Source: Alphaproteobacteria bacterium RIFCSPLOWO2_01_FULL_40_26 (GTDB taxonomy: Bacteria; Pseudomonadota; Alphaproteobacteria; Rickettsiales; UBA1997). Taken from it: a DNA stretch of 64,000 bases. The notes below the pieces were generated by a model, which searched no databases, was not told where the DNA came from, and saw only the letters and a program-made list of their open reading frames with translations. Shown here in pieces: positions 18,514 through 28,077 of this stretch. Where the stretch lies: the NCBI GenBank assembly GCA_001767955.1, contig MEMO01000016.1, positions 39,404 to 103,403 of the forward strand, given 5' to 3'. Numbering within the stretch: the first letter of the stretch is position 1; each line of letters starts with the position of its first letter. Position numbers and translations under genes: made by a program.

Positions 18514-19122
18514 GAGCACAGCAATCCTGACAATTTTTGCGGTTGCAAATGTCAGAACTAGTCCAAGAAAAACAGCGAGCCCAAAAAGAAGTTTGAAGCT
18601 GATCCAAAAATCTCCGCAAGAAATCAAAAGAATCGGGATTATAAGCGGCAAGGCAATTGTGGCAATTAATGGCGCAGAATTGCTTAAGATCGAAAGACAA
18701 CCGCAGAAACAGCAAATGAAATTAATCGCAAGAGAAGCGAGGAAAACCAAAATTAAAAATTCGCTTTCCGGTTTTAAAAAAGAAGTCGCAATCAGCAGTG
18801 GGAAACAAAGTATCAACCAATTCGCTAGGATTTTTGCCAAAATAAAAATCTCAAAATTTTCGCAGGAAAGCATGGCTTGCTCTATGCTTCCATCATCAAA
18901 ATCTTTTTTTAGAAACTCCGCTGAAGAAAAAATCAGACAGGAAAGTAAAGCAATCCAGATGGCAATAGAGCTGCCAAATGCCTGATTTTCCTTAGTTTGC
19001 GCTAGAAGGGAAAAGCTCGAAATAAAAATCAAAAAAAACAAAAAATTCGCCAAAATCCTTCCGAAATGGCGAAAACCGAGCTTGAGCTCCTGTTGCAAAA
19101 TTATAAAAAGAGCTGACATCAC
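18511..19122 (-). CDS. ccmB: heme exporter protein CcmB
   Basis: Six-TM protein with the typical CcmB N-terminus (LFIILQQELKLGFRHFG). The start overlaps the manC stop by 4 nt. Confidence 0.8.
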   Translation of the reverse strand: MMSALFIILQQELKLGFRHFGRILANFLFFLIFISSFSLLAQTKENQAFGSSIAIWIALLSCLIFSSAEFLKKDFDDGSIEQAMLSCENFEIFILAKILANWLILCFPLLIATSFLKPESEFLILVFLASLAINFICCFCGCLSILSNSAPLIATIALPLIIPILLISCGDFWISFKLLFGLAVFLGLVLTFATAKIVRIAVL

Positions 19123-20534
19123 CTGCCGTATAGGTCGCTAAACCTGACAATATCATCTTCTCCCAAATATTCCCCTGTTTGAACTTCAATTAGCTCTAAC
19201 GGAATTTTGCCCCTGTTTTCCAGACGATGTTTCTTGCCAACGGGGACGTATGTTGATTCGTCTTCGGTTAAAACAAATTCTTTACTGCCGCAGACAACAT
19301 GCGCCGTACCTTTGACCACCACCCAATGCTCGGCGCGATGGTTATGCATTTGCAGCGATAGCGAAGCCTTCGGCTTGACGGCAATTCTTTTCACCTTGAA
19401 ACGGTCAGAAACATCAATCACTTCGAAGCTTCCCCATGGCCGCAAAACTCTGGTATGGGAATTGCATTCCTGCCTTTTATGCTGCTTCAAAAGCTCAAAC
19501 ATTTTTTTGACATCCTGCGAATTGTTTTTGTTGACCACCAGCAACACATCCTTGAGGGAAATTATGATCAGATTCGCAACTCCGATTGCTGCAACTAAAC
19601 CATGCCGTGAATTGATATAGCAATTTTTGCTTTCAAGAACAAAGGCATCGCCAATCAGGCTATTTTTATTTTTATCTTTTTTAGCCAATTCGGAAACAGT
19701 TTGCCAAGATCCAACATCAGACCAGCCAACATCAAGTGGCATTACCGCAACCTTGTCAGATCTTTCCATAACAGCGTAATCAATGGAAATATCGGGACAT
19801 TTTTCGAAGCTTTCTTCATCAAGGCGAACAAAATCAAGATCATAAATTGCTTTGTTATAGGCGTTGACAGAATGAACAAAAATCTCACCACAATATTTCT
19901 GCAAAGCCTCAAGATATATTGAAGCGCGAAACAGGAAAATACCGCTGTTCCACAGATATTCTTTGCTTTCGATAAATTTTTCTGCCTTTTTTTTGTCCGG
20001 TTTTTCGACAAATTTTTCTGCCGCAAAAAGTTCAGGAAATTCGCTTAAATCACGACCCTTTTTTATATAACCATATCCGGTTTCAACCCGACTTGGCTTA
20101 CTGCCAAAGGTAATTAGAAATTCTTCCGTCGCCGCTTTTGCCGCTTTTTTAACCTGGGAAATAAATTTTTTGTCATCATTGACGACATGATCGGAAGGCA
20201 TAACCAGAATCAGATCATCTTTTGGATCTGCGGTAATTACGTCCAAAGCGGCAATCGCAATTGCCGGCGCAGTGTTTCGTCCGGTTGGCTCAAGGATAAT
20301 TGATTTGGCGTTCATTTTAATCGCCCGCAATTCTTCCGCCGCCAAAAAACGATGTTCATTGTTGCAAATAACTATCGGATCAACAAAGCCACAATTTTTC
20401 ACACGTAATGCGGTTTGCTGAAAAAGCGAATATTCGCCAAAAAAATCAATAAATTGCTTGGGATTTAAACTACGGGAAACCGGCCATAGCCTTGTTCCCG
20501 AACCTCCAGAGAGAATTACCGGTGTGATTTTCAT
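19119..20534 (-). CDS. manC: mannose-1-phosphate guanylyltransferase / mannose-6-phosphate isomerase (bifunctional type)
   Basis: First ATG gives MKITPVILSGGSGTRLWP. C-terminal cupin region VKRIAVKPKASLSLQMHNHRAEHWVVVKGTA. Confidence 0.9.
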   Translation of the reverse strand: MKITPVILSGGSGTRLWPVSRSLNPKQFIDFFGEYSLFQQTALRVKNCGFVDPIVICNNEHRFLAAEELRAIKMNAKSIILEPTGRNTAPAIAIAALDVITADPKDDLILVMPSDHVVNDDKKFISQVKKAAKAATEEFLITFGSKPSRVETGYGYIKKGRDLSEFPELFAAEKFVEKPDKKKAEKFIESKEYLWNSGIFLFRASIYLEALQKYCGEIFVHSVNAYNKAIYDLDFVRLDEESFEKCPDISIDYAVMERSDKVAVMPLDVGWSDVGSWQTVSELAKKDKNKNSLIGDAFVLESKNCYINSRHGLVAAIGVANLIIISLKDVLLVVNKNNSQDVKKMFELLKQHKRQECNSHTRVLRPWGSFEVIDVSDRFKVKRIAVKPKASLSLQMHNHRAEHWVVVKGTAHVVCGSKEFVLTEDESTYVPVGKKHRLENRGKIPLELIEVQTGEYLGEDDIVRFSDLYGR

Positions 20535-21162
20535 AAAAATAATCAATTGCGCCGAAACCCTTTATTTTGAGCTTCGTCAATATCTTCAGGTTTTGTGAAT
20601 TAATTCCGCCAAGCGCATAAATTGATAATGAATTTTTGTTTTGCACGGCAATTTTGGCAAAATTTCTCAAACCGAAAAGAGATTGTCGCAAATCCTCATT
20701 TATACCCATTCCATCTGAAGAAGCCGAACTATGACGAAGAAATTTTGTTTCGGGATGGCTTGTAGTTGCAAAGACCGGCGATAAAAAAACCATGTCCGGC
20801 CTGAATTTTCTAGCGCGCAAAAAAGCTTTTGCGCTGTGACAGGAAAAGCTGAAGAGAAAGTTTTTCGGAAAAGATTTTTTTTTGAAAAATTGCAAAGGCA
20901 ATCTATCGCGATCAGAAAAATGAACACCATCGGCTTTGATTTTTTTTGCCAGACCAAAATCTTTTCCAACCAAAATTTTCAGTGATCTTGCGCGCGCTAA
21001 TTTGGCAATTTTTCTGGCAAAAATTTCACGCTCTTCTTTTTTCAAATCATATTCACGAATAATAATTGCGGAATTTTTAGGCAAAGTTTTTATCACTTTG
21101 GCAAAATCCGTAATTTTTTTACGATCGGTAAAAAAAATGCTTTCGAGAAATCTTTTACTCAT
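20470..21162 (-). CDS. thiamine-phosphate synthase family (ThiE/TenI-like) protein
   Basis: FFTDRKK...IIIREYDL...ADGVHFSDRD...ALGGIN pattern. The 3' end overlaps manC by about 65 nt. Contains a half copy of repeat family H (20711-20747). Confidence 0.65.
   Translation of the reverse strand: MSKRFLESIFFTDRKKITDFAKVIKTLPKNSAIIIREYDLKKEEREIFARKIAKLARARSLKILVGKDFGLAKKIKADGVHFSDRDRLPLQFFKKKSFPKNFLFSFSCHSAKAFLRARKFRPDMVFLSPVFATTSHPETKFLRHSSASSDGMGINEDLRQSLFGLRNFAKIAVQNKNSLSIYALGGINSQNLKILTKLKIKGFGAIDYFYENHTGNSLWRFGNKAMAGFP
20711..20747. repeat. family H half-copy (H2) inside the thiE-like gene
   Basis: ccatctgaagaagccgaactatgacgaagaaattttg compared with the H1 arm ccagctgaagaagccgatttatgacgaagcatttttg (about 32 of 37 identical). 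Confidence 0.55.
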
Positions 21163-21796
21163 AAACGAAAAAATAAAAAAGGCCTGCAAACTTTACAGGC
21201 GCAATGTTGCGGAAGTCAATTTAATTGCCGTTTCCAAAATAGTTGCGGCAGAAAAAATTGAAGAAGCGATAAAATGCGGGGTAAAAATTTTCGGCGAAAA
21301 TTACATCAAAGAGGCCAAAGAAAAATGGCAAGAGATTCGTGCTAAAAATTCTGGAATTAAACTGCATTTTATCGGCAATCTTCAAAGCAATAAAGCTGCA
21401 AAAGCTGTTGAGTTGTTTGATTGTATCGAAACTTTAGACAATGAAAAACTTGCCTTGGCGCTACAAAAAGAGATGCAAAAACAGCAGAAAAATCCGGAAA
21501 TCTTCATTCAAATAAATATCGGCGAAGAGCCACAAAAAGGCGGAATTATGCCGCAAGATCTGAAGAATTTCACAAATTTTTGCCGCAAAAATCATCTTAA
21601 TATCACCGGCCTAATGTGCATTCCGCCCTTGAATGAAGCGGCTTCGCCATATTTTGCACTCCTTGCCAAACTGGCGAAGGAAAATAATTTGAAAAATTTA
21701 TCAATGGGAATGAGCAGTGATTTTGAGGAGGCAATCGCATTAGGCGCAACGCATATCCGATTGGGAACGGCGATTTTTGGAGAAAGAAAAATTTAA
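21137..21796 (+). CDS. yggS: YggS-family pyridoxal-phosphate homeostasis protein
   Basis: ATG 21137 gives MLSRNLLLINEKIKKACK...VNLIAVSK...FGENY...HFIGNLQSNK...SMGMSSDF. Confidence 0.85.
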   Translation: MLSRNLLLINEKIKKACKLYRRNVAEVNLIAVSKIVAAEKIEEAIKCGVKIFGENYIKEAKEKWQEIRAKNSGIKLHFIGNLQSNKAAKAVELFDCIETLDNEKLALALQKEMQKQQKNPEIFIQINIGEEPQKGGIMPQDLKNFTNFCRKNHLNITGLMCIPPLNEAASPYFALLAKLAKENNLKNLSMGMSSDFEEAIALGATHIRLGTAIFGERKI

Positions 21797-21853
21797 GATT
21801 TAAGATTTAGGATTTAAGCTGTTAGGACATGTTCTTAAATCTTAAATTTTTGA

Positions 21854-21930
21854 GAGCCCGTAGCTCAGCTGGATAGAGCAACAGCCTTCTAAGCTGTAGG
21901 TCGGACGTTCGAATCGTCTCGGGCTCGCCA
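21854..21930 (+). tRNA. tRNA-Arg (anticodon TCT), CCA encoded
   Basis: Acceptor gagcccg/cgggctc, anticodon stem acagc/gctgt, loop ctTCTaa, T arm ggacg ttcgaat cgtct. Confidence 0.9.
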
Positions 21931-21947
21931 TAAATTTACTGAGGTGG

Positions 21948-21968
21948 CGAATCGTCTCGGGTTCACCA
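21948..21968 (+). repeat. direct duplicate of the tRNA-Arg(TCT) 3' end
   Basis: cgaatcgtctcgggttcacca compared with cgaatcgtctcgggctcgcca at 21910-21930 (19 of 21 identical), 17 nt downstream of the tRNA. Confidence 0.75.
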
Positions 21969-21988
21969 GAATCAACAAAAAAAACATC

Positions 21989-23476
21989 ATGGTCGCCAAA
22001 ATTAAAACCTTTGCTTTTCTTGGAATCGATGTTGTTCCAATTGATGTTCAAGTAAAAATTTCTCCCGGAAATCCAAGTTTTACGATAGTTGGTTTGCCCG
22101 ATAAAGCGGTTGGCGAATCGAAAGAGCGCGTGCGTGCGGCAATTTCATCAACTGGATTGTCATGGCCATATCAGAGAATCACGGTCAATCTTGCGCCGGC
22201 TGATTTGCAAAAGGAGGGTGGGCATTTTGATTTGGCTATTGCGCTTGGCATCATGGTTGAAATTGGCGTTTTGCCGCAGCATTTGGTCGGGAATTTTTTT
22301 ATTTTGGGCGAGCTTGCTTTGGATGGCAGAATCGCTCCCGTTGGCGGAATTATTTCAGCTTCAATTGGCGCTAATCAAAGAAATCATGGCATAATTTGCC
22401 CGGCTGAAAATGGGCGTGAAGCCGCGTGGGCTGGCGATCTGGAAATTATTGCCACTCCTGATATTTTAACGCTCATCAATCATTTGAAAGGTGAACAAAT
22501 TCTGGCACGACCTGAAACTTCGCGGATTACTTCCACAAGAAAATATCCTGATTTATCCGATGTTAATGGTCAGGAAAACGCCAAACGCGCTTTGGAAATT
22601 GCCGCTGCCGGCGGACATAATTTACTAATGGTTGGGCCTCCAGGCACAGGAAAATCAATGCTTGCCGCACGTTTACCCGGAATTTTGCCTGATTGCAGTT
22701 TGGAAGAAATTCTTGAAATCAACATGATTGCATCGGTAAGCGGCAAATTGCTTGATGGCCATTTGATTACCGCAAAACCATATCGCGAAGTGCATCATTC
22801 CGCTTCAATGCCGGCAATGGTTGGTGGTGGGGTTAAAGCCAAGCCAGGCGAGGTTTCTCTTGCTCATAACGGCGTGCTATTTTTGGATGAATTGGCGGAA
22901 TTTCCGCGTCAGGTTTTGGACTCTTTGCGTCAGCCGCTTGAAAGCGGAAATGTCAGCATCGCGCGCGTCAATTCGCATATCACCTATCCATCTGATTTCC
23001 AATTGGTTGCAGCGATGAATCCCTGCCGCTGCGGCTTTTTAGGCGATGCCACGCGTGAATGTAAAAAAGCGCCAAATTGTGGCGAAGAATATAAAAATAA
23101 AATTTCCGGCCCACTTTTGGATCGCATTGATCTCGTAATCGATGTCGGCATGATTAACATTTTTTCCGACAAAAACCAACCGAAGGGAGAAAGCTCAAAA
23201 ACTGTTGCCGCAAGAGTTTTGGCCGCACGTGAATTACAGAAAAAAAGACAGAAAAAAATCAATGCCAAAATTGATGGCGAAATTCTGGAAAAATTTTGTG
23301 CACTTGATGAAATGGGACAAAAAATCATGCAAAGTTTTGTTACAAAATCACAAAGCTCGATGCGTGGAATCACCAGAGTTTTAAGGGTCGCACGCACTAT
23401 CGCTGATCTTGAAAAAAGCGAAATAATTCATCCAAACCATCTATTTGAGGCTATTTCTTATCGCAGAAAAATATGA
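21989..23476 (+). CDS. comM: YifB/ComM-family Mg-chelatase-like AAA+ ATPase
   Basis: MVAKIKTFAFLGIDVVPIDVQV start, Walker A GPPGTGKSMLA, LFLDELAEF, C-terminal RVARTIADLE. Confidence 0.9.
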   Translation: MVAKIKTFAFLGIDVVPIDVQVKISPGNPSFTIVGLPDKAVGESKERVRAAISSTGLSWPYQRITVNLAPADLQKEGGHFDLAIALGIMVEIGVLPQHLVGNFFILGELALDGRIAPVGGIISASIGANQRNHGIICPAENGREAAWAGDLEIIATPDILTLINHLKGEQILARPETSRITSTRKYPDLSDVNGQENAKRALEIAAAGGHNLLMVGPPGTGKSMLAARLPGILPDCSLEEILEINMIASVSGKLLDGHLITAKPYREVHHSASMPAMVGGGVKAKPGEVSLAHNGVLFLDELAEFPRQVLDSLRQPLESGNVSIARVNSHITYPSDFQLVAAMNPCRCGFLGDATRECKKAPNCGEEYKNKISGPLLDRIDLVIDVGMINIFSDKNQPKGESSKTVAARVLAARELQKKRQKKINAKIDGEILEKFCALDEMGQKIMQSFVTKSQSSMRGITRVLRVARTIADLEKSEIIHPNHLFEAISYRRKI

Positions 23477-23988
23477 GAATACGCAAAGCACAAAAAACTG
23501 ATGCAAAAAAAATTTTTGAACTTCACCTCAAAGCTGCAGAAATAAAGGATGGAGTGGCCAGAATGCCGAAAGAGATTTTCTTGCACGATATTGAAGATTT
23601 TGTCGATGAAGCACTACAAAAAGGCTTAATTTTTGTTGGAGAAATTGATGAAAAAATCATCGCTGAAATTCATTGCTACAAAAATTTCCCGCACTGTTTC
23701 AAACATTGTTTAAGCAATACAACACTGGTTGTTCACCCTGATTTTCATAAGCTCGGGCTGGGTCGAAAAATTTTTTCTCACTTGCTTGAAGAAATCAAAA
23801 ACCATCATCACAACATTGCCCGCGTTGAATTATTCTGCCGCCAAAGCAATTCTCATGCCATAAAACTTTACCAATCCCTTGGTTTTGAAATCGAAGGAAT
23901 TTGCAAAAACCGCCTTCTTGATTCAAAAAACGAATTAAGCGACGATACAATGATGGCGTGGTTTAATCCTGAATTTCTTCAAAAATAA
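23473..23988 (+). CDS. GNAT-family N-acetyltransferase
   Basis: VHPDFHKLGLGRKIFSHLL acetyl-CoA binding motif, about 170 aa. Confidence 0.75.
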   Translation: MRIRKAQKTDAKKIFELHLKAAEIKDGVARMPKEIFLHDIEDFVDEALQKGLIFVGEIDEKIIAEIHCYKNFPHCFKHCLSNTTLVVHPDFHKLGLGRKIFSHLLEEIKNHHHNIARVELFCRQSNSHAIKLYQSLGFEIEGICKNRLLDSKNELSDDTMMAWFNPEFLQK

Positions 23989-24706
23989 TTTTTCTCAAAC
24001 GCTCAACATCGCTTAAATGTGGGGCATGACCGCAATTTTTGAAAATTTCGAAGTGAAAATTTTTGATTTTCTTTTGGAAATATTCGGCTTGCGAAATGTG
24101 AACAATCATATCGCCATCGCCATGAAAATAAAGAGTGCGCGGCATGTTTTCAAAATTTATGTCAAAGCAGGAAAATCTTTCCAATTCTTTTAGCCAAAAT
24201 TTTAGTTGTTCAAAATTTTCATCATTAACGGCGAGGGTGCGCGCAATCTCGGCGGCATTGCGATCATTCATTGCGATTAGGATGGAAAATTGTTTCAGAG
24301 CTTGCTTCGGTGCTTGCGAAAAACTTTTATAAAATTCATTAAAAGTTGCTGTGGCCATACCAGCTTGAACGCGTGAATCTTTGACCATTTGGAAAGGCGT
24401 GGCAAGCAAAACCAACAATTTTGGCTGCAGGATTTTTTTCTCGATTAATCTTATGGCCAGTTGCCCACCAAGACTCCAGCCCACTAAAATTTCCGGATTG
24501 AAATTTTGTTTTTCAATTTCGGAAAAAAAACTTTCAACGGAATTGAGGCGCGAATAATCAAAAGATTGCGCAAAAAAAATGGGGTCGAAAATTGATTGCA
24601 AAGAATCAAATTTCTGACCCCATCCTGAAAGACATAAAACCTTTGGACAAAGTTTTTTAGAGTTTAAAATCACCAAATTTTTTCTTGAATTTTGCAACTC
24701 TTTCAT
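23963..24706 (-). CDS. alpha/beta hydrolase (BioH-like esterase fold), start uncertain
   Basis: LCLSGWG, nucleophile elbow GWSLGG, C-terminal GHAPHL. All candidate starts (ATG 24706-24715, GTG 24673) overlap the rpmE 3' end. Confidence 0.7.
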   Translation of the reverse strand: MKELQNSRKNLVILNSKKLCPKVLCLSGWGQKFDSLQSIFDPIFFAQSFDYSRLNSVESFFSEIEKQNFNPEILVGWSLGGQLAIRLIEKKILQPKLLVLLATPFQMVKDSRVQAGMATATFNEFYKSFSQAPKQALKQFSILIAMNDRNAAEIARTLAVNDENFEQLKFWLKELERFSCFDINFENMPRTLYFHGDGDMIVHISQAEYFQKKIKNFHFEIFKNCGHAPHLSDVERLRKIIFEEIQD

Positions 24707-24920
24707 CATTGGCATTGATAAAATTTGTTGCTTTATCATGCCAGGCCGGATGGTTTTTTGGATCAACATCCAGCCTTAAATTACCATCTTCCTTGCCCCA
24801 GCTTGTAAGAATTTGAAACTTGCTACCGTCAGTCATGACAACATTGACCAGATGTTGCTTGGGATGAGCCCCAACTATTGGCGCCTTTTTTGTTTGAGTT
24901 TTTGTTTGAACCTGTGCCAT
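24657..24920 (-). CDS. rpmE: 50S ribosomal protein L31 (Cys-less type, N-terminal extension)
   Basis: HPKQHLVNVVMTDGSKFQILTSWG...HPAW...RVAKFKKKFG resembles the alphaproteobacterial L31 layout. Confidence 0.75.
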   Translation of the reverse strand: MAQVQTKTQTKKAPIVGAHPKQHLVNVVMTDGSKFQILTSWGKEDGNLRLDVDPKNHPAWHDKATNFINANDERVAKFKKKFGDFKL

Positions 24921-25110
24921 GAGAAATTTTAAAATTGATTTATCAAAAAATGGGCGCGCAACCTAGAATCAACATTTTCCCGTGTCAAGAACGTGGCTTC
25001 AAAAGAGCACAAAAAACTTGACATTGGCTGGAAGGCCAAAAACAATGATCGCAATTTTACAGACCTTTTTCAATCTTACTTACTCAAGCATTTTCAGGTT
25101 TTTAAAGTTG

Positions 25111-26331
25111 ATGAAAATTTACCTTTTACAAAAAAAACTATCTCATGTGGGCAAAATCTTTGTCTCTGCGTTGCTGAAGGGATTGTTGCGTTTATATCGC
25201 CTGATTTTCACCAAACGCACCATACTTTTCGTCACCAATGAAAAAATCAGAAGCATCACTCTTGGGCCAATCATGCAGGCCTGCATTTTTTTGTTTGTCG
25301 CCTGGATTGCAAATTTGTTCATGCAATCTTTACACTATGACGAAATTGTCAGCGCCAAAGCCAATGAAATAAACAAACTCAAAACCGTAAACGCCTATTT
25401 CCAAAGCCAATTTGAAAATGCCAATGATAAACTCAAAAAAGTTAATGAATATTTGATCTCAATAACCGGCATAAATCACAATGCCAGCTCGTCAAAAGAG
25501 AATAATTTCAAGCAGCCGGAAAGCTTTGAAGAAGACGACCTTTCCAGGCGCGACAAGCAAACTTTAAATCAGATTAAAAATGTGGAGGATCAATTTTCCG
25601 ATATCCAGATGATTGCTCGCACTAGAATTAAAAAAATCGAAAGCGCCATTGCCATCACCGGACTTAACATCAAAAAAATCCCATCAAAAGAATTGTGGCA
25701 GGCAGAAAAGTCAGTTTCTGCAAAAAATTTCAGCAATCAAGGCGGCCCTGAAAATAACGATGATTCGCTTGAAACCGCACTTCAAGCTATCCCTTTGTCA
25801 GACAAAAATGACTACATCGAAAGACATTTACAAACTCTGAAATTCAACAGCGAAATCGATTATCTAATGGTGCTGGAAAGATTGGCAAATATCATGCCAT
25901 TATCAAGACCGATGAAAAACTACTACATCTCCAGCTCTTTCGGCAGAAGAGCTGATCCAATTACCAGAAGACATGCTTTGCATCATGGTCTTGATTTTGT
26001 TGGCGTCACTAATGAAAAGATCGTTAGCCCATCATTAGGCAAAGTTGTTTTGGCTGGTAAATTTAGCAATTATGGCAATGCGGTGGTGATTGATCACGGC
26101 TTCGGTATCACTACGCGCTATGGTCATTTGGCAATGGTTAAAGTTGGCACAGGACAAATCGTGAAAAAAGGTGATGTAATCGCAATTCAGGGCAATACCG
26201 GACGCAGCACTGGCCCACATTTGCATTACGAAGTGAGATACAAAAATATTCCTTTAAACCCGAAAAAATTTTTAGAAGCCGGAGACGCGCTGTTTAACAA
26301 CGAGAAAACAATCAACTATGCCAATAGCTAG
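25111..26331 (+). CDS. M23-family (LytM) metallopeptidase with membrane anchor and coiled coil, start uncertain
   Basis: HHGLDF, VIDHGFGITTRYGHL and GNTGRSTGPHLHYEV motifs. TM segment IMQACIFLFVAWIANLF. The track ORF begins at GTG 24982. Confidence 0.85.
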   Translation: MKIYLLQKKLSHVGKIFVSALLKGLLRLYRLIFTKRTILFVTNEKIRSITLGPIMQACIFLFVAWIANLFMQSLHYDEIVSAKANEINKLKTVNAYFQSQFENANDKLKKVNEYLISITGINHNASSSKENNFKQPESFEEDDLSRRDKQTLNQIKNVEDQFSDIQMIARTRIKKIESAIAITGLNIKKIPSKELWQAEKSVSAKNFSNQGGPENNDDSLETALQAIPLSDKNDYIERHLQTLKFNSEIDYLMVLERLANIMPLSRPMKNYYISSSFGRRADPITRRHALHHGLDFVGVTNEKIVSPSLGKVVLAGKFSNYGNAVVIDHGFGITTRYGHLAMVKVGTGQIVKKGDVIAIQGNTGRSTGPHLHYEVRYKNIPLNPKKFLEAGDALFNNEKTINYANS

Positions 26332-26743
26332 CATTAAATCCAAAGTCATATCAATCGCACAAAACAGCTCAACCAACGACAATTCAATTGTTAAAAAATT
26401 TGAGATAATCAGCTCCAGTCTCAAATCAACTCCAACAATTCTGGCGCGCGACCTTGAAATTGAAGGTCAAATCAACAGCGTCGGACTCATTGAAATCGAG
26501 GGTTCAATCAAAGGAACAATTAATGGTAATTCTGTCATTCTGCGCGAAGGAGGAAAAATCGAAGGCACAATCATTGCCGAATCTCTAAGTTTGCGTGGCA
26601 GTTTTAATGGCAAAATCAAAGCCAAAAATATCAACATTGCAAACAAAGCCAAAGTTCACGGCGAAATCGAATATGGCTCTCTTTCAGTTGAAGATGGCGC
26701 TTGTATTGATGGGCAGTTTAAGCGTGTCAACTATAAGGGTTAG
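26318..26743 (+). CDS. bactofilin (DUF583) cytoskeletal protein
   Basis: Repetitive beta-helix pattern LEIEGQINSVGLIEIEGSIKGTINGNSVILREGGKIEGTI...VHGEIEYGSLSVEDGACIDG. The start overlaps the M23 gene stop by 14 nt. Confidence 0.85.
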   Translation: MPIASIKSKVISIAQNSSTNDNSIVKKFEIISSSLKSTPTILARDLEIEGQINSVGLIEIEGSIKGTINGNSVILREGGKIEGTIIAESLSLRGSFNGKIKAKNINIANKAKVHGEIEYGSLSVEDGACIDGQFKRVNYKG

Positions 26744-28077
26744 AACCGCGTTAGCCTTTTCAAAATCTCATCTTTTGTAATCAAATTCACCAAAAATCTC
26801 ATCTCCGGACCATGTTCTTTGCCGGTCAGAGCCAAGCGGATTGGCATAAAAAGCTCTTTGCCTTTGCGAGGAGAATGTTTTTTGATTTCGGCAAACCATA
26901 AATTCCAGCAATTCTCATCTTCGGTATCTGATGGCAATAGAGATGCCGCCTGGAGCAAAAATTCCTGATCTTCCTTTTTGTTAGAAAAACGAAATTTGTT
27001 TGAACAAATTTCAATCCAATCTTTGATTTCATGCAGAAAACACAGATTTGACTTTACAATATTCCAAAATTTTGGCGAAATTTTTTCTGTGATTCCAATT
27101 TCTTCTAAAACCATCTCAACTTCTTTAAAATCAAGGCTCTGCAATAATTTCTGATTAATGTTTGTTAATTCGCCAATGTCATAATTTGTCGCTGATTTGG
27201 AGAATTTTTCAAAAGAAAAATTTGCCACTAATTCGTCAAAATTTTTGTAAATTTTCAGCGCATCAGAAGTGCCGATTTGGGCGAGAAGATTGATGATTGA
27301 CATCGGTTCGTAACCTTCATTTTTCAAGGCTTTTATATCGAATCCGCCTTCGCGCTTGGAAATCTTCCCATGCGAAGCCTTGACCAAAGCCAGATGAGCA
27401 AAATCAGGTATTGCGGCGTCAAGCGCCTCAAAAATCTGGATCTGAATTGCGGTGTTGGTGATGTGATCTTCGCCGCGAATAATGTCGGTAATTTTGTAAT
27501 CGATATCGTCAATTACTGAACAGAAAGTGTAAGTCGGAACACCATTATCGCGCACCAAAACCGGATCAGAAAAATGCAGGCCATCATAGAAAATGCGTCC
27601 TTTGATTTTGTCATTCCATTCAATTTTTTTATCTTCGAGCAGAAAGCGGTAATGTGGTTTTAGCCCCTGCGCACGCAAAGAATTTTTTTGTTCTTTAGTC
27701 AATTTTGTAGCAGAGCGATTGTAGATGGGAGTAAGGCCTGAAGCAATCTGGCTTTTGCGTTGCAGATTCAACTCTTCCGGAGTTTCAAAGCATTCATAAA
27801 GCCTGCCATTTGCAATCAGCCGATTTTTTGCCTCTTCATATTTTTCAAGCCGATTAGACTGTTTTATCAAATCATCATATCTCAAGCCAAGCCATTGCAT
27901 ATCGCGCAAGATTTGATCGCGATATTCGTCGCACACACGTTCAACATCGGTATCATCAAGACGTAGAATAAACTTTCCGCCAATTTTTCTGGCATAGAGA
28001 AAATTAATGATCGCCGCGCGGATATTGCCGACATGAAGAAAGCCGGTGGGAGAAGGAGCAAAGCGGCAGGATTTCAT
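26740..28077 (-). CDS. gltX: glutamate--tRNA ligase
   Basis: RFAPSPTGFLHVGNIR (HIGH region), KISKR (KMSKS variant). Confidence 0.93.
   Translation of the reverse strand: MKSCRFAPSPTGFLHVGNIRAAIINFLYARKIGGKFILRLDDTDVERVCDEYRDQILRDMQWLGLRYDDLIKQSNRLEKYEEAKNRLIANGRLYECFETPEELNLQRKSQIASGLTPIYNRSATKLTKEQKNSLRAQGLKPHYRFLLEDKKIEWNDKIKGRIFYDGLHFSDPVLVRDNGVPTYTFCSVIDDIDYKITDIIRGEDHITNTAIQIQIFEALDAAIPDFAHLALVKASHGKISKREGGFDIKALKNEGYEPMSIINLLAQIGTSDALKIYKNFDELVANFSFEKFSKSATNYDIGELTNINQKLLQSLDFKEVEMVLEEIGITEKISPKFWNIVKSNLCFLHEIKDWIEICSNKFRFSNKKEDQEFLLQAASLLPSDTEDENCWNLWFAEIKKHSPRKGKELFMPIRLALTGKEHGPEMRFLVNLITKDEILKRLTRF

Noticed and set aside
21797-21853. gatttaagatttaggatttaagctgttaggacatgttcttaaatcttaaat between yggS and tRNA-Arg(TCT), possibly a decayed family G copy or a terminator hairpin
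   Set aside because: Only a short match (taggacatgttct against taggacaggttct) and a weak AT-rich inverted repeat. Too degenerate to call.
17184-23476. Looked for integrase, phage or transposase genes near the two tRNA-Arg genes and elsewhere
   Set aside because: No ORF in the window shows integrase, transposase or phage motifs. The repeats appear non-autonomous.
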